The notes: a model not told the origin generated them from the letters alone. 64,000 bases of DNA from Octopus vulgaris (GCA_951406725.2 OX597827.1:62496001-62560000); one strand, 5' to 3'. Counted from the stretch's first letter, positions 13,391-28,491 are shown. Numbers and translations: made by a program.

Positions 13391-13685
13391 ATGAGTGGAT
13401 TCGGCAGACGGAAACTGAAAGAAGCCCGTCGCACCCCCCTCACCATATATATACGTATGTATATACCTATGCGTGTGTGTATTTATGTCTTTTTGTCGCT
13501 CCATCACCGCTTGACAACCGATATTGGTGTGTTTACGCCCCCGCCACATACTGGTCCGGCAAAAATGCCGGTTAGAATCATAACTAGGCTTTAAAAAATA
13601 AGTCCTGGGGTCAATTTACTCGACGAAAATGCTTCGAAAGCGCGGTACTTCAGAATCGCTGCAGTCAAATGACTAAAACAAATAA
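13391..13685 (+). mobile_element. SINE family A, 5'-truncated
   Basis: gagtggattcggcagacggaaactgaaagaagcccgtc..cttgacaaccga..gcagtcaaatgactaaaaca. Confidence 0.75.
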
Positions 13686-13732
13686 ATGAGCGCAAAAAAA
13701 CAGAAAGACTATGCACACATAACACGCACACT

Positions 13733-13766
<34 letters not shown>

Positions 13767-13792
13767 AACAACACACATATATATGTGTATAA

Positions 13793-14022
13793 GGCGGCGA
13801 GCTGGCAGAAACGCTAGCACGCTGGACGAAATGCTTTGCGGTGTTTCGTCTGCCGCTGTGTTCTGAGTTCAAATTCCGCCGAGGTCGACTTTGCCTTTCA
13901 TCCTTTCGGGGTCGATAAATTAAGTACCAGTTACGCACTGGGGTCGAATGTAACCGACTTAATCCCTTTGTCTGTCTTGTTTGTCCCCTCTGTGTTTAGC
14001 CCCTTGTGGGTAGTTAAGAAAT
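13793..14022 (+). mobile_element. SINE family B, full length
   Basis: High identity to the copies at 12596 and 19475. Confidence 0.9.
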
Positions 14023-14125
14023 ATATATATGTGTACACACACGCGCACACGGATACATAGACACACATATATGTATGCATGTACACATGCACACCCCCTC
14101 TCACACTCGCCTGCGCACACAGACA

Positions 14126-14550
14126 TACTCTTTACTCTTTTACTCTTTTACTTGTTTCAGTCATTTGACTGCGGTCATGCTGGAGCACCGCCTTTAAACG
14201 AGCAACTCGACCCCGGGACTTATTCTTTTGTAAGCCCAGTACTTATTCTATCGGTGTCTTTTGCCGAAACGCTAAGTAACGGGGACATAAACACATCAGC
14301 ATCGGTTGTCAAGCAATGCTAGGGGGACAAACACAGACACACAAACACACACACGCATACATATATATATATATACACAGATATACGACGGGCTTCTTTC
14401 AGTCTCCGTCTACCAAATCCACTCACAAGGCTTTGGTCGACCCGAGGCTATAGTAGAAGACACTTGCCCAAGGTGTCACGCAAGTGAGACTGAACCCGGA
14501 ACCATGTGGTTGGTAAACAAGCTACTTACCACACAGCCACTCCTGCGCCT
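14126..14550 (-). mobile_element. SINE family A, full length
   Basis: Minus strand begins ggcgcaggagtggctgtgtggtaag (A box), gggttcagtc (B box), accttgggcaagtg (CORE-like start), internal TA/TG microsatellite, (gagtaaaa)n tail. Confidence 0.9.
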
Positions 14551-14966
14551 ATTTATGTATACATAATTAAAAATTTTCTGTTTGAAGCAGCTGCACGATG
14601 TAAACATTATAAATGTCGCATACTGGATGTGTGTCTGTTGTTAATCACTTTTAAGCGTCCATATTGTAAAGCTTACGTGTGCGGCGCTGTTATACATCAG
14701 CAGTGAGATTTGACGCTATCGGCACATACTTCAAGCCAGCGATTTGGAAAATCGAATACACGGCATCTTTCAGCAGAAAACTGCAAAATATCGATATCTA
14801 ACGTTCTCGTTCAATCCCAGGATGGTACGTTTCACACAGTTTTGCAGTATACTGTATTTTTTTTTTTTATTTTTTAACATTCTAGTACCCTCCCCGGATG
14901 AAATAGCGCAGCCTAAAAACGTTTAACAACACATATATTTTAACAGTAGGTTTGTGACATTGTTGA

Positions 14967-15010
<44 letters not shown>

Positions 15011-15026
15011 ACACACACACACACAC

Positions 15027-15079
<53 letters not shown>

Positions 15080-15335
15080 GCCTATATTCAGAGATAAATA
15101 TGCATATATAGATATATATATGTATATACATATTTATATATTTATGTATATATATAATATATATATATATAAGTTCAATTATAGGTTAAATAAGCCTCAT
15201 TAGGGGATAATAGTATCCATTTAATTTACTGGTTTATTACCAAACATTTCTTTTAAATATTAAATTTAATACTCATAGATAATAGGTAATTAGATAAACC
15301 GAGGTTTACATTTATTTAAGAAAAATAAAAAAATA

Positions 15336-15694
15336 TAGACTAATCATTTAATAATTATATTTATTAATTTCAAAAATAGACATTATTCCTGACAGCTGTT
15401 TCGATTCAGACTTTAAAGATTTTGATTGAAATAATTACATCATTATAAAGTAGAATGTCGTCTGAGGAAGAAAAAAGATATACCGTTATATTTTTGTGTT
15501 AAGTGTACGGAGCAGTTCAGCTGAAATGTTTCGTACACTTAACACATAAAAATGTAATGGTATAATCATTGTTTCTAGCTCCGAGGAGATTCTACTTTAT
15601 GATGATGTAATTAAAGTTTGAATCGAAACAGCTGACAGGTATTAAATATATTTTTTGCTATTAATAAATATTATTAATTATAGATTAATGTCTA
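15336..15694. repeat. Large degenerate palindrome with one HHR motif in each arm
   Basis: Centre ttcagctgaa ~15520; left arm (-) cct-CAGACGA-cattc..gaatc-GAAACAGCTGTC-agg at 15388-15467; right arm (+) CCGAGGA-gattc..gaatc-GAAACAGCTG-AC-agg at 15578-15639. Confidence 0.8.
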
Positions 15695-15856
15695 CTTTGT
15701 TATTTTATTGATATGCATACACATACACACAGACACACACACACACATACACACATATATACACGTACATATATATATATGTATATATATATTTATATAT
15801 GTATGAACGTATATATATATATATATGTGTATGAACGTATATATCTCTCTATATAT

Positions 15857-16252
15857 AGTGGCTGTGTGGTAAGTAGCTTACTTACCAACCACATAGCTCC
15901 GGGTTCAGTCCCACTGCGTGGCAGCTTGGGCAAGTGTCTTCTATAGACTCGGGCCGACCAAAGCCTTGTGATTGGATTTGGCAGACGGAAACTGAAAGAA
16001 TCCCGTCGTATATATGTATATGTATATGTATGTGTGTGTGTGATTGTGTGTCTGTGTTTGACCCCCCCAACATCACTTGACAACCGATGCTGGTGTGTTT
16101 ACGTCCCCGTAATATAGCGGTTCGGCAAAAGACACCGATAGAATAAGTACTAGGCTTACAAAGAATAAGTCCTGCGGTCGATTTGCTCGACTAAAGGTGT
16201 TGCTCTAGCATGGCCGCAGTCTGATGACTGAAACAAGTAAGAGTAAAAAGAG
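15857..16252 (+). mobile_element. SINE family A, near full length
   Basis: Reverse complement of 14126-14550. Confidence 0.9.
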
Positions 16253-16263
16253 TCAGAGTATGT

Positions 16264-16331
<68 letters not shown>

Positions 16332-16582
16332 ACGCACACATACACATGCACGCACATACTAAGGTCATTTTACGTCTGATGACTGCATAACAGATACATA
16401 CAATTAGCGCTCATGTTGACTTCCTGTCGAAAATCCAGCATGAACTGTAAAAAAAAAAAAAATTCAGGAATGTCACTGCCACCAAAGTTGAGCACTGGCT
16501 ACAGGCAGTATTCCAATGGAGATGCTACATGTACAATAGAATACACATACAGACAGGCAAACAGTTGGTATTAGATCAGGTT

Positions 16583-16724
16583 ATGATATTTACATACATA
16601 TTGATACAACTTGAGGGTAGAAATGAATGTTACAGGTGTTCAGATCACAAGAGATCAACACAAGATATCCTGTAACATTCATTTGTACCCTTAAGTTGTA
16701 TCAATATATATATGTAAATGTCAT
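16583..16724. repeat. Inverted repeat with ~55-bp arms
   Basis: atgatatttacatacatattgatacaacttgagggtagaaatgaatgttacagg versus cctgtaacattcatttgtacccttaagttgtatcaatatatatgtaaatgtcat. Confidence 0.85.
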
Positions 16725-16795
16725 ACTGTGACCTTATAGCATCTTTTTCTTCCCTGTACCTTTATTCTATTCAGTCCTATTTTGTTCTGTTCTGT

Positions 16796-16862
<67 letters not shown>

Positions 16863-16863
16863 G

Positions 16864-17026
<163 letters not shown>

Positions 17027-17257
17027 GTCTATCTATCTATCTGTATGTGTGTATGTGTATGTGTGTGTGTGTATGTGTATCTGTGCGCGCATAATTTTAT
17101 TGCTATGATTTTGTAGTGTTTAAACTCGAAGCTTGATTCAGTTTCGTGGCAATATGTGTTAAACTGTGAGCAAGAACGAGCTCATGGAAATCTCTTCATA
17201 AAACTGTTTCTTCAAAGCTGGTATAATTAGGCCGTAACTGGCCTAATTATATTTGAC

Positions 17258-17709
17258 TCCTTTACTCTTTTATTTGTTTCAGTCATTTTACTGCGGTCAT
17301 TCTATCGCTCACTTTTGCAGAACTGCTAAGTTATGGTGATGTAAGCAATCCTCTTAGTTATAATTGTGACTTGTTCATAATTATAAACTTTCTTCTATGC
17401 ATTTTATAACATGTTTGGCAATTGATATATTCATAAATAATCTTAATTATTTATAATATATCCTCCGTAATATTTTATTACATTAATTACATTACTTTCT
17501 AATTAACACACACACTCACACACGCACACACACACACACACACATATAGCATGGTCTTCTTTCAGTTTCCTTCTACCAAATCCACTGACAAGTCTTCGAC
17601 CGGCCCGTGGTTATAGCAAAAGACACTTGCACAAGGTGTCACGCAGTGTGACTGAACCCGGAACCATGCAGTTGGTAAGCAAGCTCTTTATCACACAGCC
17701 ACTCCTGTA

Positions 17710-17710
<1 letters not shown>
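17258..17710 (-). mobile_element. SINE family A, internally rearranged
   Basis: Tail at 17258-17345 and head at 17550-17710 with an AT-rich insert between. Confidence 0.7.
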
Positions 17711-17752
<42 letters not shown>

Positions 17753-17753
17753 G

Positions 17754-17832
<79 letters not shown>

Positions 17833-18494
17833 GTACAAAACTATGACTTTATTATAGGCATTTTTGGAGCACGATTTATTTCAATAACATGTTTTATGGT
17901 GAATTGTTTCCAATATTCCACGAATGAAATTGAAACATTGCGACTTCAGTTGATTTTTAAAAATAATTTATTCTGAAATCTGAAACATGTCCAAAAGTAG
18001 TTCCTTATAGACTATAAAGGATATATTGTATTCACTATTTTAAAGCCTTTCTCTCTGGTCATTCATTGTCTGTAAAAAGGGATGTTTTTATTGGGATCAA
18101 AGCGTATAATAATAGCCGAAATAAATATTGGTTGGTTGGTTGGCTGGTTGGTTGATCCAGTCCGCTTTACGTCGCATAGACAGAGAGGAGAAAGAGTAAA
18201 AGTCAGATTCAGAGATAGTTAATGTAGAAGGCACCGAATGGGTGTCTAATGTCTATCTGACAAAACGCACAAATAGTTTTAAATGAAAGTTTCCAGAGAT
18301 AGCTTTTCCATGGAGTAAATTGCGAATAAGATGATAAAATTTAGAAAAATATAAACCATTTCCACAATATAGAAACGAGAAATTTGTTCGATTTAATTTT
18401 ATTTCAAGGTAATAAGTATTTTCCATTTGAAAATTAGTGTTTATTTCATTAGTTTGTATAAGCACCAAGAAATTTTTTTAAAAGTTAAATGATA

Positions 18495-18855
18495 ATTACC
18501 TCCACCTTAGCGAAGGCAGACATTTTGTTATCAGTCCTGTTTGTTCGTTTGGGGACAGAATATCTCAAGAACTGCTGGATCGATTCTGATGAAACTTTCA
18601 GGGTTGTTTTGTCACGTGACTCGCACGCACTGGTTAGATTTTGGGATTGATCCGGTACCGGATAAAGATTCTGGATTATTTTTCCTGTTTTTTAACTTTT
18701 TCTGAGATGAGTCGGGTTCATTTTCAGTATTCTCGTTTGTGAGCGCAGTCGAATTTATTTCTGATATTCTCATTTTAAAAATCGTCTCCGGCTAATCGTT
18801 GAGAGGACGTTGGTGTTGCTTTGGCGCAGGTTTGCGCTCTCTTAGTGCTCTTGTT
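18495..18855 (+). mobile_element. Non-autonomous Helentron-type (HINE/DINE-like) element
   Basis: Starts attacctccacc..gaaggc; contains atatctcaaga..gatgaaactttc..ttagattttggg..gatccgg; ends ggcgcaggtttgcgctctcttagtgctcttgtt with a 3' hairpin. Confidence 0.6.
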
Positions 18856-19474
18856 GTGCATATTACTTTACCTGATATTTCCCACGATGAAAAAGTATAC
18901 CTCATAAGTTATCCACCATATCATATGACTGATAATACTCTACCATACGATTCAACAGAATCGCCTAATGTTAAGTTGAACTTTAAACAATCTCTGCCTG
19001 CTAGAGCTAGCACAATTCCCACACTTATAGTCAGTGATAATCATGAAATTATTCCACAATTCAACAGAAAACTTGATGTTACCTCGGTGAAAATATCACG
19101 ACCCAGATTTAAGACCGAAGATGCTCACAGCCGAGAGAAGTATTTGCTGATGAATGTTGCTTCATTTTACAGGGCAGAAAACAAGTATTCTCTGGTGAAT
19201 TACTTTCATGATGCGATTAAAATTTCTGTTTCAATAGTAAGATCTTGAAGGCCAAAATCTTCTCATCGCGAAGTCCAGATGCAATTGAGATTGAACAGTC
19301 TGAGCCGATTGTTGTCGAAGTTCGAGAGTTCGTAGTGACGAGTTACTTTAACCTGTTTGGGTTGTACAATCATTATCGGTACTAGACCGGTGTAGAAATT
19401 AGATCGCAGGATGAGAATGGTCAGCTTGACATTTGGATAGCCGAAAGACCAGCAATGGAGAGAATGAGAGAATT

Positions 19475-19705
19475 GGCGGCGAACTGGCAGAAACTTTAGC
19501 ACGTCGGGCGAAATGCTTAGCGGTATTTTGTCTTCCGTTACGTTCCGAGTTCAAATTCCGCCGAGGTCGACTTTGCCTTTCATCCTTTCGGGGTCGATTA
19601 AATAAGTACCAGTTACGCACTGGGGTCGATATAATCGACTTAATCCCTTTGTCTGTCCTTGTTTGTCTCCTCTATGTTTAGCTCCTTGTGGGCAATAAAG
19701 GAATA
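19475..19705 (+). mobile_element. SINE family B with 14-bp TSD
   Basis: TSD agaatgagagaa(t/c)t at 19461-19474 and 19706-19719. Confidence 0.9.
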
Positions 19706-20024
19706 AGAATGAGAGAACTAGGCGCGGCTGTTTTTACGCTGGCGATTTGGTGTCATTATGGTCTGGTACTGAAGGCAAACACTTATAGACAGATGCGTGC
19801 ACACGGACAGTCATCTTCGCCAGTCGACGCATAACTTATAAGGATGATGATGATGATAATGATGATGATGATGGTGACGAAGACGACAATAACGAATAGA
19901 CGATGTGTATAAAGATAATAATGATGGTGAGAAGGTGAGGAAGAGGAGGATGTCGACGACGATCACAACGATTATGGCAACGATCACGATGACAACGTCG
20001 ACGACGACGTTGATGATAATGATA

Positions 20025-20055
<31 letters not shown>

Positions 20056-20892
20056 CATGAAAATACCATTTTTTTCTCCTCGAATACTTAGATTAGTGTC
20101 TCAGTACAAAAACCATTACAGTACTACGCTAACTCTTGTTAAGCTTTGCTTAGACTAATTATATGGTTATCAACATTTCGCAGAACTTCTTCGGGCCGTT
20201 CTTTAATGACATACGCTACATCTAATGCCAGTCGGAATGACATAAGAAGAAGAAATACACAACACAAGACAAAATTTCAGTAGCATCAAACTGAGTGCCA
20301 TATTAATTAATCTTGTAAATTGAACTACAGCAATATCTGTAAATATTACGGCAGTAAATGTTATTCTTCTTATTGGTGTGGTTATTTCCTCTCATTATTG
20401 GCATAATAAATATATATACATACAAAAGAAAACACGAAGACAGTCACACTCATAGAGACGCATTCATAAGTGTATACATATATACGTACGTAAACGCATA
20501 CATATACATGTATGTGCATATATGTGAACTTGTATATATGCATATATATATGTATATACATACATATATATATATATGTATGCATATACCTATTTACATA
20601 CATATATATGTATATATATATATACATGTACATGTATATATGTACGTATATATATATATATATGCGTATATATATATATGTATATAGGTAATATATATAC
20701 ATATATATGTATATATGTATATGTCTATATGCATATGTATATATGTGTATACATATAATTTGTGTGTATATATATATATATGTTTGTGTGCGTGTATGTG
20801 TATATCTGTCTATCCATCTATCTATCTATATATATATAAATTACGTGACAGAAGAGATATTTATTCCTATAGTTGTCAGCTGTTTCTTGATC

Positions 20893-21436
20893 TATTATCC
20901 GGTCATCCCATAAGTTCTGTCCGATTTTGCCTTTTTTCATAATTGTATGAAATTTAGTAGTATTTTAGAATGTCTAATGGAATAAAAAATTGTTATGCAT
21001 TTGTGTACATTTATACTAATTAAATATTATTTTACGGGATAATAGAATTAAAATTTCTTTGATTAAAACCCTTTCTAGCATGGAAGTATCCAAAGAGCAT
21101 TTGAGGCACATAATGCTTTATGAGTACAAAAAAGGAAACTCTGCTGCCTGAGCGACTCGAAAGTTTATGGGAAAGAATGCTTCACTGAAATAACTTCCAG
21201 AAGATGGTTTGCAAAATTCAGAAGTGGAGATTTCAGCCTTGAAGATGAAGATCGAACAGGGTGTCTAGTTGAGTTTGATGTTAAGCTCTTTGATGCATTA
21301 CTTGAAGAAAAATCCTGCATTATCTGATGAAGAATTGGCAATAAAGCTTAGTTCAAACCATACAACTGTTCATCGTCATCTTCAACAACTTGGAAAGTTT
21401 CCTAAACCTGGAAAATGGGTACCCCATGAATTGACC
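20893..21436 (+). mobile_element. Mariner transposon 5' half (TIR plus N-terminal transposase pseudogene)
   Basis: TIR-like tattatccggtcatcccataagttctgtccga; from ATG 21080 MEVSKEHLRHIMLYEYKKG..RRWFAKFRSGDFSLEDEDR..TVHRHLQQLGK..GKWVPHELT, with a stop and frameshifts. Confidence 0.9.
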
Positions 21437-22420
21437 GTGATTTAGACAAAAGAGCTATTCGAATGACCGCTAAGTAAGGTGTAAAAAGTTCATAGTATTC
21501 GCGTAAGCGCTCCTGTTCATACCTACACATGTGCTCCCGAAAACACACGTGCGTGCGCATATATTCATGCACCCTCACTGGAAAAATGTACACATCCTCA
21601 CTCGCATCCTTCGCCAAATTTTGCATATACATATAAACCCCCACACACACGCGCGCCGTGTGTATGAACCTTTATGGTGCGCGTGTTTGTGTGGGTTTAT
21701 ATGTATATACATATGCATTTGGCGAAGGATGCGAGTGAGGATGTGTATGTTTTTCAAGTGAGGGTGGATGAATATGTGCGCACGCACGTGTGTGTGCGGG
21801 CGCACATGTGTAGGTATGAACAAGCGGGCTTACGCGAATACTATGAACTTTTTATCTCCTTACTTCACTCGCTTACTTAGCGGTCATTCGAATAGCTTTT
21901 TTATCTTAATAACGGTCAATCACACAGTAATTTTCTTTTGTATAACGGTCATTTTTCATAGCGTTTTCACGATAGCCGGATAAATGAAGAGAAGTCTGCA
22001 TGGATTACCACCTCGGCATCCGAAATTCGTGGCTACCGAATAATTGTCACATATTACATTTACAGATAAATTCCTCTATGTACATGATATCGAGGTCTCT
22101 TTCTTTCTTTTGTTATCTTACCGTTTTTATCAATATATATCTGTAAATGTAATATATGACAATTATTCCGTAGCCATGATAAAACTCCGAGTTTCGGATG
22201 CCGAGGTGGAAACCCACGCCGCCATGTCTTCAGTTATCCGGCCACCGGAAAAATGCTATGAAATATGACCGTTATACAAAGGGAAGTGACTATATGGATG
22301 ACGGATATTAACACAAAAGAGCTATTTGAATGACCGCTACGTGAAGGGCGGGAGTAAAAATAAGGAAGTAAAAAAGTTCATAGTATTCCCGTAAGCGCAG
22401 ATGTTCATACCTACACATTG
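21430..22420. mobile_element. Complex nested inverted repeat, PLE-terminus-like
   Basis: Palindrome 21430-21920 (~230-bp arms), second palindrome 21937-22280, third partial copy 22300-22418; shares sequence with 31141-31287 and 61966-62235. Confidence 0.8.
22178..22238 (-). ncRNA. Hammerhead ribozyme motif
   Basis: GATAA-CTGAAGA-(stem II with gtgg/ccac)-GAAA-CTC g GAG-TT-TTATC. Confidence 0.7.
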
Positions 22421-22841
22421 TTGTCTTTCCATTTCTATCAATATATATATATATATATATGTACGTGTGTGTGTCTGTGTGTGCGCGTGCGCGCGCGTTT
22501 GTGTGTGTATTTGTGTAGTTGTATTTACAGGCGCACACATACACAACGGGGGCCCTGTAAGTAGGTAAGCGGGAAATCTAGTAAAAGTGACAGAGTACAG
22601 ATATTTTATAGAAATTAGTTAGAGACCTTTACGCTAAGAGTTCAAGGCACACTGGACATGGCTTTATATTTTATCACTCCGAAAGTAATAAAATATGTAC
22701 AAGAGTCAAGTTCTTGGGTCGATTTAATCAAATGTTTCATTATAAACAACTGTGTCGGTCGTTTAATCAAGTGTGTCCGAGTCTAAATCTCTCTAGAATT
22801 GGCAAAATATATATAGATAAGCATATATACGTACATTCATA

Positions 22842-22912
<71 letters not shown>

Positions 22913-23030
22913 GCTGCTTCAATTCTATAGAACCTGTATATTATAATATATATATATATATATTATATAGTTTTATAAATACATGTACATATCCATATAC
23001 AGATAAATGCATACATACACACAGGCACGC

Positions 23031-23073
<43 letters not shown>

Positions 23074-23178
23074 TAAATATATGTATAAATATATATATAT
23101 ATATATACATATCCATATATACATACATGCATATATATATATAAATATATATATATGTAAATATATATATATGTAAAT

Positions 23179-23254
<76 letters not shown>

Positions 23255-24014
23255 GTATGTCTTTTGTATATAGTGTATATAGTGGTGTATATAGAGTGTA
23301 TATAGTGGTGCAAGTTTTCTCATTCTTCATTGTACCACGTTTATTAAATTTACTGTGGCACTGATTTCCTGTCTGTTAGTGCTATTATTTTTGTTGTTGT
23401 CACAGTGGTAGTAGTAGTAGTGGTAGTGGTCATGGTGATGGTAGTATTTATTACTATGAAAACAACAGTTGCTGTTCAGCCTGTTGCTTTGTTAAAAATT
23501 CGTACATCTACAGTCATAAACTTAATATATATTGGTACTTACACTATTATTCCGCCACGTTTGTATATGTATGTATATACGTGTTTTAAGTGGCTTCAGT
23601 CCAGACCGGCAACAACGATGGTTACATGTAGTATTAGAGACGAACCAACGAAATAACCTGGCAAATCACATACGAAGGAAGTCAACTTGTTTTTGGTTAC
23701 TGCCAAAATATGTCATTTCTACTCGCTTAATAATAATAAGTGCCACCCGCTGCTTATATTGTAGTGAACATTGAAATTAGATACGTCTACAGGAAACTAC
23801 ATATTTCCATTCGAACCATACATATGTACACAGTGGCAACCCAATCACATATAAATACATACATACACACACATACAGACGCACACATAAACACATACAC
23901 ACTCACTCATATATATATATATATGTAAACATTTCCATATATGTATAATAATAATTAGAGTATATATACATACATATATATATATGTAAATATGTATGAA
24001 TATATATATCTGAA

Positions 24015-24058
<44 letters not shown>

Positions 24059-24101
24059 TATCTATATCTTTGAATATATATACATATATAAATATATCTT
24101 G

Positions 24102-24164
<63 letters not shown>

Positions 24165-24402
24165 CAGAGAGAGAGAAATAGAGAGGCAGACAAACAGAAC
24201 GTGAGGAAGGGAGATAGAGATACAAAGGGAGGGAGAGAGATGTGTTATAGAGAGGAAGAGAAGCAACATGTAGTCATATATATATGTCTATGTTTTGCTA
24301 TATGAAATATATTGTCTGACAGCTTACATACATGCGTATAGACATATGGAATTATATATATATTCATACAAATATTTATTTATATATAATTCATATACAC
24401 GT

Positions 24403-24453
<51 letters not shown>

Positions 24454-24496
24454 TATATAAACGAACACACATATGTGAATATGTATGTATATAAAT

Positions 24497-24527
<31 letters not shown>

Positions 24528-25564
24528 CATGTATAAACGTATACACATATATATATACACATATACACATATATATATATATATATGTAAATTATATACA
24601 TGTATGTATATGTTCGTATGTATATTATATCATTTTTAATATATATACATATGCAAACAGTATATATATGTATGTAAGTATGATAAGCACACACATACAG
24701 ACACACACACACACTCTCACACACACACACTCTCACACACACACACATATATGTATATATATGTATCCATATGCAGATTTGTGCGATAAGAGCACCGATA
24801 ATAAACAAAAAAATATAATAAGCGCCACAATAACACTAATAAAATTTATTGTCACTGTATTTGCAACGACCATTTTATTGCAGTCCAAGTTGCCACGTTG
24901 ATTCATATTCGATATTAAAACAACAAACATATATAGGCTAATAAATAATTCGTATATATATATATATATATATACTTCCATGTATGTGAACATATATATA
25001 TATATCGATAATATAAATAACAAATAAAATATTAATAACTTATGACTATAGACATATGATAATAATATATATTAGTAATAATACGTAATAAATCATATCA
25101 CGATGAAGTAATAATAATATATCTTATGATACATATATGAATATCATTGGCAGCTTCGCTGGTGCGTCGTACAAAACCCTCGCAGCAATTAATTAAAAAG
25201 GATTTATATTTTCAGTTCAAAACTCTTGCTTTCCAATGTTCTGCCCTCAATGAAATGGTGTTCCATTTTTATAAAAAATTTGAAAAGAGTTATATTTGAA
25301 AAGAAAATAGAACAAGAAGATTAGAATAATGTTACTGACGTACCGACATCTCTGAGGGAAAGATGTAACCTGTTCTTATGTTCGATCCACGGCACTTTTT
25401 TTGTGGCACCAATTCCCTTGTGAATAAATATTTGGCACTCCGGAAACGTAGGACAGCGTTTGTACGCACACACACATTAACAAACACACACACATACACA
25501 CTCACACACACACACACTCATTCACATATCGATACAGACATCTACACACACACACATATATATG

Positions 25565-25595
<31 letters not shown>

Positions 25596-25625
25596 GTATG
25601 AATATATAGTATCTAGATATGTATA

Positions 25626-25712
<87 letters not shown>

Positions 25713-25715
25713 GAA

Positions 25716-26133
25716 TTTTTATTCTTTTATTTGTTTCAGTCATTTGACTGTGGCCATGATGGAGCACCACCTTTAGTCGAGCAAATCGAACCCAGGACTT
25801 ATTCTTTGTAACCTAATACTTATTCTATAGGTCGCTTTTGCCGAACAGCTTAGTTACGGGGATATAAAAACACCAACATCGGTTGTCAGGCGATGTTGGA
25901 GGGACAAACACAGACACAACCCCACACACATACACACAACACACACTCACACGTACACACAGACATATATATATATATATACGACGGAATTCTTTCAGTC
26001 TCCGTCTACCAAATCCACTCACAACGCTTTGGTCGGCCCGAGGCTATAGTAGAATATACTTGCCCAAGGTGCCCCGCAGTGGGACTGAACCCGGAACCAT
26101 GTGATTGGTAAGAAGGCTACTTAGCACACAGCC

Positions 26134-26134
<1 letters not shown>
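25716..26134 (-). mobile_element. SINE family A, near full length
   Basis: Matches 14126-14550. Confidence 0.9.
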
Positions 26135-26170
<36 letters not shown>

Positions 26171-26192
26171 CATGCTTCTTAGATATACATAA

Positions 26193-26239
<47 letters not shown>

Positions 26240-26337
26240 GGAGTAAACACATAAATGTGAAACAAGGTAGAAAAAAAGAGTACTCAAATACCAGTGGTAG
26301 AGTAATATGCTTTATTTAAAGCAGCTATAAGCAAAAA

Positions 26338-26375
26338 CTGTCCGATGAACGGCAACGCGAAACTCAGAATAACAG
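26338..26375 (+). ncRNA. Minimal hammerhead motif (CCGATGA core) in (TA)n-flanked cassette 26237-26416
   Basis: CTGT-CCGATGA-a(CG gcaa CG)c-GAAA-ctcagaa-TA-ACAG; stem III partly decayed. Confidence 0.6.
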
Positions 26376-26438
26376 GTTTTGTAGAATTTTCTGCTGCCTT
26401 AAATATAGTATATCCATATATATACATACATATACATA

Positions 26439-26489
<51 letters not shown>

Positions 26490-26552
26490 GCTGACATACA
26501 AAGATTCGTACATACACACAAACATACATATGTGTGTGTATTTATATATATA

Positions 26553-26945
26553 CTAGCAGTATCGCCCGGCGTTGCTCGGGTTTGTAAGAGAAATAACTAT
26601 ATAAGCATTTTTAGAGAGGTATAGCCAAAAAATAGCAAAAAAATGCATTAAAAATGGAAAAAAAATGATGGTAAATATTTTTTTTAAATCGTTGACTCAT
26701 CGTAGACATTTTTAGAGAGTTACATCCCTTATATAATAGCGAAAAAATGCATTAAAATGGAAAAAATGATGGTAAATTATTTTTAAAATCGTAGACTCAT
26801 TGTAGACGCGTGCTAATACCCAGAAGGGCTCGATATGAATCACGACTATAAGATAACCGCTTTTGGTTACACTGCGCCGCAAAATGTGGGAGTAGTTATG
26901 GAATCTAAATCGTAGGAAACAGACACACAACTTCACTTTTATATA
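26553..26945 (-). mobile_element. Non-autonomous Helitron
   Basis: Minus strand ends cccgagcaacgccggg hairpin-N-CTAG|T; internal ~100-bp tandem duplication; inserted in (TA)n. Confidence 0.8.
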
Positions 26946-26996
<51 letters not shown>

Positions 26997-27589
26997 GCAC
27001 ATATATAATCACATACATGTATATATAGAGAGGCAGAAAGAGAGAATGAGAAAGGGGGGGCGAGATAGAAAGATAGATAGAGGGATAGACACAATTCAGT
27101 AAGTGCCTTGCTATCCTTTGCGTAACACTCTCGCAATTTTACTCCGAAGGAAAAACCATGCAGAAGGATCGGGAGGGGGGAGTTAAAGAGATAAATATAT
27201 AGACAGACAGACAGAAAGAGAGATACATGCGAGATAAGAGAAAGGAAAGTGACAAGGAAATTTAGACATGAAAGGGGCAAGAGAATGAAGAATATAAGAA
27301 TACTGCAAAGATTGTGACGTCATAGTGTCTTTCGTTATCTCATTGTTATTCTACTTTTCTGCTTCTCTTTCTGTTTTTTACCGTTCTTTATCTCTTTCTG
27401 CCTCTTCCTCTCTCTCCCCCCATTCTCTCTACGTTTCTTTGAAGTGTGTTTTTTGAATTATATAATTACATTTCAGTATACAAAGTAATTATTTTCTTAC
27501 AAGGACGGAAAAAATGGTAAGATTTATTTATACATACATATATTAACGTGTATTATGTGGACATCACACTTTAAAGTTATTTGTACAAG

Positions 27590-27670
<81 letters not shown>

Positions 27671-27953
27671 GTATATATATATAGAGAGACAGAAAGAGAG
27701 AGAGAGAGCAAGATAGATAGATAGAGGGATAGACAGAATTCTGTAAGGGCCTTGCTTTCTTTTATATATATATATATGTACATATATAAATTTATGTATG
27801 TATGTATATATATATATATATATATACATACGTATATATATATATGCATGCATACATATATATACATATATATAGATATATACATATATATATTATATAT
27901 ATATATATATGTATAAACATACATACATACATACACACATAATACATACATAC

Positions 27954-28001
<48 letters not shown>

Positions 28002-28026
28002 TAATGTATGGCAGTAAGCATATACA

Positions 28027-28086
<60 letters not shown>

Positions 28087-28491
28087 TTGTGTGTGCATGT
28101 GTGTACACTGAGAGTAAATATGAAAACATACGTAAAACCTAAAGAAGAAGTCAATTTGCAGCTGAAGTCGCAGCCATGTTAAGCATATTTGAAATATCTT
28201 AAGCCAATTGTTATAATTATAATAATATATATAAATAAATTGAATTAAGTATGGCATTTATATATTTTTATTCATTTATTCCGCATATTAAGATTCGTTA
28301 AAGCTTCTCCTACGAACACTTAGATTTGTAGAATTATATGTATTATGTTAAATTCCGTTCCATAGTTTGTGTGTTTACGCCTTAATGTAAGTAAAAATTA
28401 ATAGATAACACCTGTCGGTTGTTCAAGAGGTGACTAGACTAGAAAAAGGACTATTCATTGCAGAGATGTTTCTTAAAATGCCACATACAGT

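Noticed and set aside
18586-18600. CTGATGA/CTGAAGA occurrences at ~18586, ~19147, ~21324, ~31590, ~33105 and ~43632
   Set aside because: No properly placed GAAA, stem III or NUH; they lie within other elements or are chance matches
18900-19830. 149-aa ORF at 18799 and a possible minus-strand RTE endonuclease remnant (HCWSF..CQADHS)
   Set aside because: The ORF starts inside a Helentron-type end and matches nothing recognisable; the endonuclease similarity is too weak by eye
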